64,000 bases of DNA. Source: Octopus vulgaris. Its lineage: Eukaryota. The stretch lies in assembly GCA_951406725.2 (NCBI GenBank), contig OX597832.1, positions 6,076,001 through 6,140,000 on the forward strand, written 5' to 3'. A program made the position numbers and the translations under genes. Of the stretch, positions 42,806 through 55,878 are shown piece by piece (the first letter of the stretch is position 1; every line of letters starts with the position of its first letter). Under the pieces are notes generated by a model. The model was given only the letters and a program-made list of their open reading frames with translations, was not told where the DNA came from and ran no database searches.

Positions 42806-43403
42806 CACACAATGGTATGCGGTACGATTACGGGATATTTGATAGCACTGTAGAAATAAATCTTCTTCGTTGGTGTTAAAACCTGAAACTTTTTCAATAA
42901 TAATTGGAATCTTCCATAGAAACGCTGATCTCAAATTTTGGCACAAGGCCAGCAATTTCGGGGGAAGGCGAGAATCGATTACATCAACCTCAGTGTTCAG
43001 CTGATTCTTATTCTATCGAGCCGAAAGGATGAAAAGCAACGTTGACCTTTGTGACATTTGAACTCAGAACGTAAAGACGGACGAAACGCTGCTAAGCATT
43101 TTGGCCGGCTTACCAACCATTCTGTCTGCTGACCGCCTTATTCCACAGAAATATTGTAACGGAAAGACTATATTTCAGGGAAAAGACAAATAAAATGCTT
43201 AAGATGAGTCCAGCAACTATTTGAGTGTCATTAAGGTATTAGAAAAACAATATCGTAAAAGACGGGAGTTTACAGCTCAGAAATGCTCAACATTTGATAA
43301 TATCCTATGTGATCCTAGAAGTGTGTAAGTGGACTACCTTAGCATATACCTGGAGGAGAAGGATTATATATATCACTTAAACTAGAAATGTGTTTGAACA
43401 TAT

Positions 43404-43808
43404 AGGCGCAAGAGTGGCTGTGTGGTAAGTAGCTTGCTTGCCAACCACATGGTTCCGGATTCAGTCCCACTGCGTGGCACCTTGGGCGAGTGTCTTCTAC
43501 TATAGCCTCGGGCCAACCAAAGCCTTGTGAGTGGATTTGGTAGACGGAAACTGAAAGAAGCCCGTCGTATATATGTATATGTATATATATATGTGTATGT
43601 GTGTGTTTGTGTTTGTCCATCCAACATCGCTTGACAATCGATGCTGGTGTGTTTACGTCCCCGTAATCTAGCGGTTCGGCAAAAGAGACCGATAGAATAA
43701 GTACTAGGCTTACAAAGAATAAGTCCTGGGGTCGATTTGCTCGACTAAAGGCGGTGCTCCAGCATGGTCACAGTCAAATGACTGAAACAAGTAAAAGAGT
43801 AAAAGAGT
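43404..43808 (+). mobile_element. SINE family A, best-preserved copy
   Basis: GGCGCAAGAGTGGCTGTGTGG (box A), GATTCAGTCC (box B-like), CACCTTGGGCGAGTG (CORE-like), microsatellite linker and (GTAAAAGA)n tail. Confidence 0.92.
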
Positions 43809-44093
43809 TAAGAACACATCACATCACTTCTCGTAGACTATGGTATTGAATTCCTTGAGCAAAATATAACTTTAAAATGACTGTTGGATAAAACTGCTAG
43901 AGAAGCTCTTAAAATATTCAACAATGCAACCGAATATGTCGATTATGTAATATTTCTATGGACGACATAACCGTATAATTAGCAACTGCTACAAAATGCC
44001 TGCAAAGTATTACCTGCTTACGCAATATAATATTTTGATAAAAGAATATCCTATGGCAACATTAGAAAGACTACTTTGAAATATATGTATATG

Positions 44094-44157
<64 letters not shown>

Positions 44158-44442
44158 TATGTATATACATGTTTGTATGTATGTATGTATATGTGTGTGT
44201 ACGTATATATGAATAAATGTGTGTGTATATATATATATGTGTGTGTATGTGTGTGTGTGTGTATAAATATTTCAAAGTAGTCTTTCAGACGTTGCCATAC
44301 ATACATATAAATGTATGTATGTATGTATGTATGTATGTATGTATGTATGTATGTATGTATGTATGTATGTGTATATGTATGTGTATGTGCGGGCGCCCGC
44401 ACATACACACATACACATCTTAATATTAAGCAGAAGTAATGG

Positions 44443-44488
44443 AGTGACTCAAAATCCGAGAGTTTCGTGCGTTGGCACTTATCAAACT
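44443..44488 (-). ncRNA. Putative type I hammerhead ribozyme with U3-A8 core variant, inside a palindrome
   Basis: AGU-UUGAUAA-GUGC-caac-GCAC-GAAA-CUC-9nt-GAG-UC-ACU. Confidence 0.6.
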
Positions 44489-44783
44489 AACGCACGAAAC
44501 TCTCGGACCTTGGGTCACTCTGTTAATTCTGTTAAATACAAATGTACATATACTCATATCTTGAGTTCTAGTTTTCCTATTCGCATCAACATACCAATAT
44601 ATATATATGTGTGTGAGTAGATACATAGCCGACAACTGATGATGGGTCGTCATTTGTGTTACTTGTCCTATTTTTAATGTTTTTCTCTCGTTGTTTATGT
44701 ACTCAACTCGCTTGTTTTCGTACTTAATGTTGTTTATAGTTGGTGACGTCCTGTACCCATATATGCATATATATATATATATA

Positions 44784-45174
44784 CTAGCAGTAACGCCCGG
44801 CGTTGCTCGGGTTTGTTTCAACCTGCTGGAATTGTAATTTTTGAAAAGAAAAAAATTTGCATTATGTAGCTTGTTATTCTCTTCAAGTGAACATTTTTCT
44901 GGTTGAAATACACCGAAAAGTGGCGACACAGCAGTGAAAAAATCGTAAAAAATAGGGATTTTCATAGAAAAAAGCACCTTTTAGATGTAAATAATATTTG
45001 GTGTTAACATGGTCCAATTTGAATTTTATCTTCTACGGAAGGAAGAGCAACCCTTCTTCTATCATACTCTCAATTTTGGTCAACTTGCGCCGCAGGGTCT
45101 CGGAGGAGATAGTGTTAGTTGAAGGTTACCAAACCTGGTGCACACAGACAACTTCAGCTTTATATAGAGAGAGA
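44784..45174 (-). mobile_element. Non-autonomous Helitron, second body type
   Basis: Same 3' hairpin CCCGAGCAACGCCGGG plus CTAG and a TC..TATATAAAGCTGAAGTTG start, but an unrelated interior. Confidence 0.85.
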
Positions 45175-45194
45175 TAACACACACACATTAATAC

Positions 45195-45235
<41 letters not shown>

Positions 45236-45306
45236 TGTATGTATGGATGTATGTATGTATATATGTACATCTGTCCACTTCTTGCCATATTTTTATCCTT
45301 CACTTC

Positions 45307-45384
<78 letters not shown>

Positions 45385-46001
45385 TCTTAGCTTACAATTT
45401 CTTTCTTTCAACAATTGACAACTGAAGTACGCTCGCAAATTAATACTACCAAAACTTAGCGACAGAAAGTAAATGAAAAACCAATTTTAATTTATAAAAT
45501 ATAGAATGGAATGTACTTCGAAAAATCATAGGTAAATTCCAATTGAAGAAATTGTGTGAGGAGTAAATCGTTATGTATTTATTTGTTTCTGTTTCCTGTG
45601 TATTTTTTTGAGTAGTGGTTGAAGGTACACTTGCAAAGAGAAAGTAGGAGAAAGTGTGGTAATAGAAGGAGTGAAGCAGTTAAAATTAGAGAGGCAACTC
45701 GTAAAATATTTAGTTTTTCTCGAATTTTTGCTTAATTGGGGGTGAAATTGAAAAAACTTTATATGCCATGACCCAATCGAATCTACTTCGAAAAATCATA
45801 GGTAAATTCCAATTGAAGAAATTCTATATTGTACAATTGGATTAAAAACAAACTATGTCAGAGGCAGAGAAAATCTGCCTTTTATCATAAGAGATATATA
45901 GTCAATCCAAACATGAACAAGCAAGAAAAAAACAACAACGTGAGGACGTGGAATAAGTACAGTGTTATTGGACACTCAGGAAAGGAAAGAAAAGAAAGAG
46001 G

Positions 46002-46036
46002 ATTTCACATTTCGAGCGGAGCTCTTCATCAGAAAT
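46002..46036 (-). ncRNA. Minimal Penelope-type hammerhead ribozyme, degenerate
   Basis: AUUU-CUGAUGA-A-GAGC-ucc-GCUC-GAAA-UG-UG-AAAU, inside a TA-flanked insert at ~45895-46095; position 17 is G. Confidence 0.65.
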
Positions 46037-46423
46037 ATAGAAAAAAAGGGAAGACAGGGAAAGAAAATCGCCAACGATACACACACGGTCACGTACATAT
46101 ATATATTATTTATATTATTATTTTTTATATATATATATGACGGACTCTCCCGTCGAAGACGACGCGACGTATGAGTGTTTAGCTTTTGCCAAATGAGCTG
46201 CGCAAATGATTTGTTTATAGTGATCAAATGTATGTGCTGTACATTGGCTCGCTCCTTCTATTAAATCGACCATGCCTGAGCAGGTGCACGTATCAGGTGT
46301 CGAAGTGACCACAGAGGAATTTGAGATGATGTGTCATGCTCAAGAACATAACCCATCACCCGGTCTTGGAAGTGAAACCACGATCTCGCGATCGTGAGTG
46401 CAACATCTTAACCACTAGGCCAT

Positions 46424-46490
<67 letters not shown>

Positions 46491-47689
46491 CACACACACA
46501 CATACATACATAATACATCCACACACACACATGTATATATAGTCTGAAAAGAATGGAAGAAGTAGTCAAACACTACAATTGTTTCAAAGGGACACCGAAT
46601 GCATATTACGTAACAGTGAAAATGCTTCATAACTATATATGACACTCACTTCTTTCAATGCAAAGGAATATTGGTGAAATATTTCTGTCCGAACCACTGT
46701 CATATGAAAACAAATGTTGTGGCGATCAGCTGCCCGGTGGATGTATACATATTATGCAGAATTATTGAGAAAGATGTTACGATTCGTTTACTTTCTCCAA
46801 TTGGTTATCTTTAACCTTTTATCTTTTTCTTCTTTCAGTCATTGGACAACAACCATGCTGGGGTACCACCTTGCAGGATTTTAGTCGAATCGATCCACTG
46901 GTACTTATTCTATATGCTTGGTACTTATTCTATCAGATTCTTTTACCGACCTACTAAGTTATGGGGACGTGCACAAACCAACATCGGTTGTCAAGCTGTG
47001 TGTGTGTGTGGGGGGGGACAAACACACACACACACACATATATATTTGACGGGTTTCCATTCTGTTTCCGTCTCCCAAATTCACTCACAAAGGCTTTATT
47101 TAGTTTAGGGTTATAGTAGAAGACATTTTCCCAAGACGCCGTGAAGTGGGACTGAAACCGAAACCACATGCTTTCAAAGTAAGCTTCCTAACCAACCAGC
47201 TATATTTGTGCATATTACATGTTTAAGCAATAATTTTGAAATTTCAGGTTTTATAAGCAAGGGCAATGACCAAATAATATGCATCCAGCAAGTTCAATTT
47301 TGTGTCTTTTATAGTCTTGATGTCGTAATCAAAGGAGATAAGGCACCACAAATGACCTTTTTCAGAGTTTCCGTGAATGGTGGGAAGAAGCGGGGAAGTT
47401 ATTCTCAAACTGGCAGAAGCCAGATTATAAACTATCTCGGAAAGGTGAGGCTGATGTGGTTTATGTTCAGTTTAACTATATAACATTGAATGGATCGATA
47501 TGTAGAAAAAATATTTGTTGGCCTTTGCCCTCATACATTAAGTATAATGCGTTTGATATGAAAAAAATGTAGTATGTGTAAGCGTATGTATACACACACA
47601 CACACACTCACATATAAGTGTGTGTGTCTTTTTTTAAGCATATTTGATTGTTTGAAATGTGTTTGATGTAAAATATAGACAGGCAGGCA

Positions 47690-47836
<147 letters not shown>

Positions 47837-48557
47837 AGGGATTATTTATGGAAATATCAATAATTCTGTTATAACTATCAAGATATAAAATTGCTGTAAT
47901 GTTTTTCAAACGAACAAAATCTTTAAAGCTCTGCCAATCTTCTATTTTTGCTGTTTATTTCCCGAGAGAATTGTAGTATTTGAAGCATAAAGAATTTTGT
48001 AGCATTAGGCATTATAGGGTTAAACATCCACGGGAACAAGATAATCGGGCGGGGAAGAGTTATAGAAGGCTGAAATTCAGAGAAAGCATAATTGGCGAAG
48101 TGTTTACTCTCGGAGCTGGTAATGATGAGACGAGTATGACGTAATGATGAGAGGAGAGGGAGGAGGAGAAGAAAAAAGGAGGAAGAGGAGGGAGGGACTG
48201 TGGACTGATAGAGAGGGTATGTAATTTGATTCATTATCAACTCAAACGCTGTTGGGTTCAGCATGAACCATAAATTTCTTATCCAAATCAATATAGCCAT
48301 CGTTTATGCACACATTAGCCAATGTGTTCTAGCCTCATTTGCATTCGCAATTCACTTGCACGAGCCCCTACATGGGTGCTAGGCTTGCTAGTAATAACAG
48401 CCAAGTCTCCAGCATTTTGCACCCTGTCGTCTTTTATTTTTAAAAATAAGTAATGATATAACATAGTCCTAAATTCTGGCTGAAAAAAATTAGCTGGTCA
48501 TGGTTAAGATGTCACTAATCGGAGATCTACTCGATGAGGATTAACTTAGTTCTAAAC

Positions 48558-49843
48558 CAGTGGTTCTCAACCACGTTTTACCTATGGACCCCATTGCTTA
48601 CTATTTTATTATGGTGGACCCCCATAGTCACTTGATGTTTAAAAAATCTTCGTTTTGCATCTGGCTTGCAAGATTCTTTATGTGAATTCGTGTGTTGAAA
48701 CAAGTTTTGCGGTGTCTAGAGAGAGTCATTATGTTATTATTAACACACGCACTGGTTCAATTCCACTCCTTAATTATTAATAGTTTATAATCTGGCTTCT
48801 GCCAGTTTGAGAATAACTTCCCCGCTTCTTCGCACCATTCACGGAAACTCTGAAAAAGGTCATTTGTGATGCCTTATCTCCTTTGATTACGACATCAAGA
48901 CTATAAAAGACACAAAATTGAACTTGCTGGATGCATATTATTTGGTCATTGCCCTTGCTTATATATATCCAACTAACTAATCGATTGTTTGTTTAATTTG
49001 GTTAAACAGTAAATCATTTGTTTTGTTTGTCAAAGCTCTTTCGTTGCTACATCCAACCTTTTCAATGACTTTTGGCTTAATCCGTTACGGAGGCCGCGTT
49101 TGTTTGCTTGAGACTTGTTGCGTGCTAGTGTTCGCGTGTGCTTGCGTATGTATGTATGTATGTATGTATGTATGTATGTATGTATGTATGTATGTATGTA
49201 TGTATGTGTGTGTGTATGTATGTATGTATTCTATGTATTTATGTGTGAGTGCTTGTGTGTGTGTGCTTGCGCGTGTTTGTATGCGTACTTCTGTTCTTTG
49301 ATGCGTGCGTGCTTTAGTGAGTCTACATGTATGAGTTTTGCGTGTAAGCACGTGCACTTGCTGTGTATGCATGTGTGCCCATATACGTCTTTGTGTGTAC
49401 GCGTGTGTGTAGAGTGTGTAAGTATGGTCAAAAGCGAAACAAATGACTTACTGTTTAACCAAATTAAACAAACAATCGATTAGCTAGTTGGATATTTAGC
49501 CAATTGATTATAATAAAGGTGTAGAATTGAACCAGTGCGTGTATTAATGATATTGGCATAATGACTCTCCCTAGACTTTAAAAAGTTTAAAAACTAATTT
49601 TATAGATACTTCTATCAAAATCCCTATTTTGTTTCTCAAACATTAATTTACGTAGGTTGAACTATGTGAAATGCTGGAGAAAGAAATATATCTGTCTATT
49701 GCAATACATACATTTAAATGAAAACTTTTCACGGACCATTAAAATACTACTGTTGGTCCCCAATTTACTATCTTAGTAGCGTGGACCCCAAAACTTTATA
49801 TATGAACCCCAGAGGTCAGACGGACCCCGGTTGAGAAGCACTG
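48558..49843. mobile_element. hAT-type MITE carrying a ~930-bp fold-back insertion
   Basis: TIRs CAGTGGTTCTCAACC / GGTTGAGAAGCACTG; degenerate TSD TTCTAAAC / ATCTAAAT; insert ~48650-49576. Confidence 0.8.
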
Positions 49844-52013
49844 ATCTAAATAAAGGTTTATTTATTTGGTTTTCTCTAATCACTGAATCTTGTTACATTT
49901 GCTTTAAACTAGTGAGGTGTGGACATTATTACATTGGTGCGCTGGAATTTTAAACTTCGTTAACAATCCTGTTATTGGATGTCATTACATGAAGTTTGTA
50001 TGCTTTTTTTCCTCCTTTTACTTGCTTCAGTCATAGGACTGCACCATTTTGAAAGGTTTTGGTCAAAAAAGTCGATCTCAGTACTTGTGTTTTTTTGGGG
50101 TTTTTTTTTTTAGATTTAAGTCTTGTATTTAATCTTATTTCTTTATTGCCCACCAGGGCTACACACAGAGGACAGACAAGGACAGACAAACGGATTAAGT
50201 CGATTACATCGATCCCGTGCGTAACTGTTACTTAATTTATCGACCCCGAAAGGATGAAAGGCAAAGTCGACCTCGGCGGAATTTGAACTCACAACGTAAC
50301 GGCAGACGAAATCCCGCTAAGCATTTCGTCCGGTGTGCTAACGTTTCTGCCAGCTCGCCGCCTTGTCTTGTACTTAATCTATTGGATTATTTCGCTGAAT
50401 CGCTAAGTTACGAGGCCGTACGTAAACCAACACCGGTTATCAAGCGATGGGGTAACAAATCCAAAGATTCATTCAAACACATTTATATAGACAGACACAC
50501 ACATAAATATATACATATATATATGAAGGCTTTCACACAGTTTCCGTCTACGAAACTCACTCACAAGTCACTGGTCAGCACAGAGCTATAGTAAAAGACA
50601 CTTGTCCGAGGTGTCACGTTGCAGGACTGAACCCGAAACCATGTGTGTTGCAAAGCTTGCTTCTTAACCACATAATCCTGCCTGCGCCTATAAACAGCCA
50701 TGCCTATGTTTTTAGTTGTCGGTAAATACATCAGGCTACATAAGCTTTTTTTTATTTCAAAATCCAATGTGTGTTACCTGAAAATCTACAGAGTATCTCT
50801 GCTAGGAAGCATGTCACTGGTTCGCCATCACTGCTTCCAACTAATAAAAACACCTTACGCTGCAAGTAACTTTTGCAATCACGGTTTATTTGTGTCTTCA
50901 GTATGTACGGTTCCTTTGAGCACTTGTATGAATGATTGAACGCATGAGGTATGTGCGTTAAGGGAGCAAAAATGGAAGGACTCGGAGAAACGCAAAGTAA
51001 TATTCATTCACGTAACTTTTTAATGGTTTTTTTTCTTTACGATACGAATCCAAAGAATACTGAGAGAACTATAAAGTAACAGTAGAGTGGTTGATCTAAT
51101 CAACTATACATCTACTCAACAAATCTGTATCCTCTGCTTATGTTGGAAATCATAACTGTGATTACAAAGGGAGTATATTTTGAGCGAAAAAGATGAGAGC
51201 AGCACATTAAACATAAGATGTTTAATTTCTGTTCTTGTAGTACTATATTCAGAAATTGTTTTCAGATATAATAATACATATTCAGAAACTAAGATAAAGT
51301 TAGATATGTCATTCTATGTACAAATGTAACCTAGACTAATAGCTTCAGTACAGTAGCAGACCCTGAAAATAACTGGCATATGTAACTGACTAATCACAGC
51401 CTGAAAATTAAAAATTCATTATCTTTTACTTGTTTCCCTCATTAGACTGTGGCCATGCTGGAGCACCGCCTTGAAGAATTTTTCTCGAATGAATCGACAC
51501 CAGTACTTGTTTTTTAAAGCCTGGTACTTATTCTATCGACTTCTTCGCCGAACCGCTATATTGCAGGCATGTAAACACACCAACACCGGTTGTCAAGTGG
51601 TAGTAGGGAACAAACACAGCCACAAAGATACACACGCACATACACATATATTTATACAACGGGCTTCTTTTAGTTTCCGTCTACCAAATTCACTCATAAG
51701 GTCTTGGTTAGCCCGAGGCTATAGTAGAAGAAACTTGCCCAAGATGCTACGCAATGGGACTGAACCCGGAACCATGTTTTAGAGAAACAAAATACTTACC
51801 ACACTGCCACCAAGAGAAATATAAAGGAAATTGGAATAGATTGCCCAGTCGAACTGTCACAAAAGGTTTACCTCCTTGGCACGGTCAAAATAACCAAGGA
51901 AGTATTAGACAGCTGAAAAGAGTGAATAACATGGTACCGTAGGCTGCAGGTAGTAAGCTCGCTACGCATGCAACACTCCAGGAGCTCCAACAAAACCTGT
52001 TATAAAGAGAAAA

Positions 52014-52263
<250 letters not shown>

Positions 52264-53253
52264 GCACGAAGTTTTGTCAGTGAACAGGTCGCGGACTCAA
52301 AGCGATGAAAATATTTTGACAAATTAAACTTAAATCTTGAACTGAACTTAACGGTTTTTGTGTGTTTCTTACTTAGATGGCTTATAAACACCTTCCACAC
52401 TGCAATTGTTTTCGTTCCAGCACACGATCTCAGATTAAGTCACTCGCTATACAAGTATATCTCCGTAATTATTATTATTATTATTGTTGTTGTTGTTGTT
52501 ATTATTATTTATTTCTTTATTACCCACAGAGAACTAAACATAGAGGGGACAAACAAAGGGTTTAAGTCGATTACACCGACCCAGTGCGTAACTGGTACTT
52601 ATTCAATCGACCCCGAAAGGATGAAAGGCAAAGTCGACCTCGGCGGAAATTGAACTCAGAACGTAACGGTAGACGAAATACCGCTAAGCATTTCGCCCGC
52701 TGTGCTAACGTTTCTGCCAGCTCACCGCCTTCTTGTTATTATTATTAAGGCGGTGGGCTGCCTGAATCGTTAGCAAGCCAGACAAAATGCTTGGCAGCAT
52801 TTCGTCCGTCATTTCGTTCTGAGTTCAAATTCTGCCGTGGTTGACTTTGCCTTTCATCCTTTCGGGGTTGATAAAATAATGTAATCGATAAGTTGATAAA
52901 ATAATGTAATCGATTAGTCCCCGCAATCACCCCCACCCACCCCCAAAAATTCAGTCCTTGTGCTTTAGTAGAAAGGATTGTTATTATTATTAAGGCGACT
53001 AGCTGGCAGAATCGGGGTCGATAAAATTAGTACCAGTTGAACGCTGGAGTCGATGAAATTGACCTAACTTCTTCCCTGAAAATGCTGACCTTGTGCAAAA
53101 AATTTGAAATCATCATTAGTTTTTGTTTTATTCATGTCGGAAGGATGAAAGTCTGAATTTGAACTCAGATCGTAGAGGGAGTTAACTAAATGCCATAATC
53201 ACAAAACAGTTTATCTGACACTCTACTGACTCAGCCATTATATGTTTAAAATC

Positions 53254-53659
53254 ATATCATCGCTATTTTGCAAAAGTGTCGAAAGTCCAAAACGTTGCTT
53301 TTTCAGAAAATGAAAAAATAGTTTCACCTTTCCATTTTTTTTTTTTTTTTACGTTAGAAGCAGTTTCACCTTAACAATAATACTTTGTTGGGTGCATAAA
53401 ATCCTAACTCCATGCATGTATGATATTTTCAGTCAGAAATATTTTTGCAAAACTGTCGTATGTGGGACTTACTACATTTCTGAAAAATGCTAAGCCATTG
53501 TACTACACTTTGATAATTTTCATATCTTGGCATCTGAAGCAGCTTGAGATACGACAGTTTGACAAAAAGAACTGGCTATTTCAAGTAAAATGAAATATTG
53601 CAAAACGTGCATTTGGCCAAATTTGGACATTCGACAGTTTAACATAATAGCAACGATAT
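53254..53659. mobile_element. MITE of unassigned superfamily
   Basis: ~38-bp imperfect TIRs ATATCATCGCTATTTTGCAAAAGTGTCGAAAGTCCAAA / TTTGGACATTCGACAGTTTAACATAATAGCAACGATAT. Confidence 0.65.
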
Positions 53660-53782
53660 GAGTGAACGTTTATCATTACATATGCGGTGGCATATGTTTC
53701 TTGCTCAGTGACACAAGGTAAGAGTACTATGGAAGTGTTCACTAAATCTAAAATTACACTGGCCTAAAAACTATTATTTATT

Positions 53783-53815
<33 letters not shown>

Positions 53816-53918
53816 ATGTGTGTGTGTGTGTGTGTAAAAAATATATATAAAAATACAAAATGGGACAAGAACGCAAAACATTCAAATAGATGACACAAAA
53901 AACGGACGAGTCATTCGA

Positions 53919-53984
53919 AGCCTCTAATCTTCAGTCAAGAAGAGGATCATCCTCGCAATTTCGGCTGATTAATCTTGAGATCGC
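53919..53984 (-). ncRNA. Second putative non-circularly permuted hammerhead ribozyme
   Basis: GCGA-UC-UCAAGA-uuaauc-AGCC-GAAA-UUGC-14nt-UCUUGA-CUGAAGA-uuaga-GGCU, inside a TA-flanked insert at ~53845-54140. Confidence 0.55.
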
Positions 53985-54137
53985 TCCGATCCGGCCAGCC
54001 CCCAAAGAAAAACTAAGCTACGAGCATTAGATTTCTTGGAAAAAGGATCGAATGTATACGATACAAGGACAGAAAAACGGACGGTGCCACACGAATATAA
54101 ATACAAAAAACAATAATAATAATAATAACAGGACAAA

Positions 54138-54176
<39 letters not shown>

Positions 54177-54981
54177 TGTTACCCCTTTAAAGCTCCATGA
54201 CCAAGTGGTTCTGATACTTAAAATAAGTATGAGACCGTAAAAAGAATACTGGGATTGATATTACCGATTAATCTTGTAAGTCTGTGCGCCAGCTTGCCCG
54301 CAGTTTAATACTAAGAGGAGTATAAGAGAGAGTAAAAGAATAGTGTCTAATCGCTATATACTGCTCACCATGGTGCCGAGAATAAAGTAGCTCATAGCAA
54401 AATTTTTGTAGTAATGCAAATTACAACTGGCCAAAAGAAAATAAAGAAGAAAATTAAATTAAATGTTAAACATAAAAAATTTCTATGAAATTCACTGGAA
54501 ATTCGTCTTTTATTTGAATGACGTTAACGACCTACTCTAATTTTTTGTTTTCTTTCTTCAACTAAAACGGAAATTTCACTACACTGAAAAAATTATTTTA
54601 TCGTATGTCATTCCGTTCCGTACGTCACCACCTTTCTGAATTATCAAAACTCATGATATTGGCCCACTTAAGTCATTTCCTTTAGCTCACATTTTGTAAT
54701 TATATAAATTACTATTATGTGATGCTTTTTACTTGTAAAATAGCTGCCACTTTATATGTTGACAAAGATTAGGTTTTCCCCTAAGCATGAACATTCAATT
54801 TTCCGTGAAATTAACTCAGTTCCCTGAAATTATTCCTCTTCTACTTCCCTTAACCCTTTGTCTGTGTTGTACATCACCTGTGATACGCAAGATATATTTC
54901 CCTAGCGTCCATGCATCATATATTCTACACATTACCATTTTCTTCAATGTCAGAAAAAAAAAAATATATATATATAAATAA

Positions 54982-55048
<67 letters not shown>

Positions 55049-55186
55049 TGGTCTTTCATAAATATATTTAAATACATAGATATGCATTTATACAAATGTA
55101 CACATACATACGCATACGTATACATATGCATTCATACACAGGCAAACATACAGACGAGCATAGATAGAATAAAGATACCGTTGTAT

Positions 55187-55810
55187 ACAGTAAAGTTCCC
55201 TTAATCTGGTATCAACTAATCCGATAAACCCGATTGTCTAGCTCTTTTTGTCACACTTCACCAATTACTTTCTTTCTACACGCCATCTCTAGCATCCGAT
55301 CACTCCGTCAAGTTCACATTAGACTATCACCTAAGTTCTTTATATCCACCTTTATCTAGTTATATATTGTTCATCTAATAATGAAAATGTCCTCCGATGT
55401 CAATATGAGAAACCAAATTGAGAAAGATCCGGAAATTGAAATAATACGTTTGAAAAGAGTTGGAAACTAGAGTACTATATTGCGTGAATATAACAGATTC
55501 TTCAACGTTGAATGATATTAAGAGACAAAACGGATAAATACAATTTATGGCAGACTCAGAAACAAATAAAGATGTTGTTGTGTGGCAAACATTAAAAAAT
55601 ACCAAAACTATTATAGTTGCGATGTTATTTAAGCGCTTTCGTGCAAACGCTATTTAAGCGCCCACCAGTTCCAAAGCCAATAGAAAAAGCCAAACTATTA
55701 CAGAAAATTATGGATAATGCAGAGATTGTGTACTTACAATTGCATGGTTTAGAAATTTGTATGGCATCATACACTGGACTTGTCGGTCAGAATGAAGGAA
55801 AATATTGAAA
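55187..55810 (+). mobile_element. Possible Tigger/pogo remnant
   Basis: TA-CAGTAAAGTTCCCTTAATC TIR-like start and an eroded CENP-B-like segment (PIEKAKLL). Confidence 0.4.
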
Positions 55811-55878
55811 TTGCTCAAAAATATTTAGATATATTTGAGGATCGAATTTTTAAAAAATGATTTTGGTTTATCTTACTA

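Larger units (their letters stand above)
39580..44050 (+). pseudogene. Very old R4-like RT remnant fragmented by younger insertions
   Basis: Eroded motifs such as KGIFPADSFS (~40285, KGIFQGDSLS-like) and FHRN..ERLY (~43140), seen between SINE and Helitron insertions. Confidence 0.4.

Noticed and set aside
43404-43475. tRNA gene
   Set aside because: It has A/B-box-like motifs but no convincing cloverleaf, and it is the head of a multicopy SINE.
50776-50840. Possible minus-strand exon (GSSDGEPVTCFLAEILCRFS)
   Set aside because: Splice-like dinucleotides only; no homology that I can recognise.
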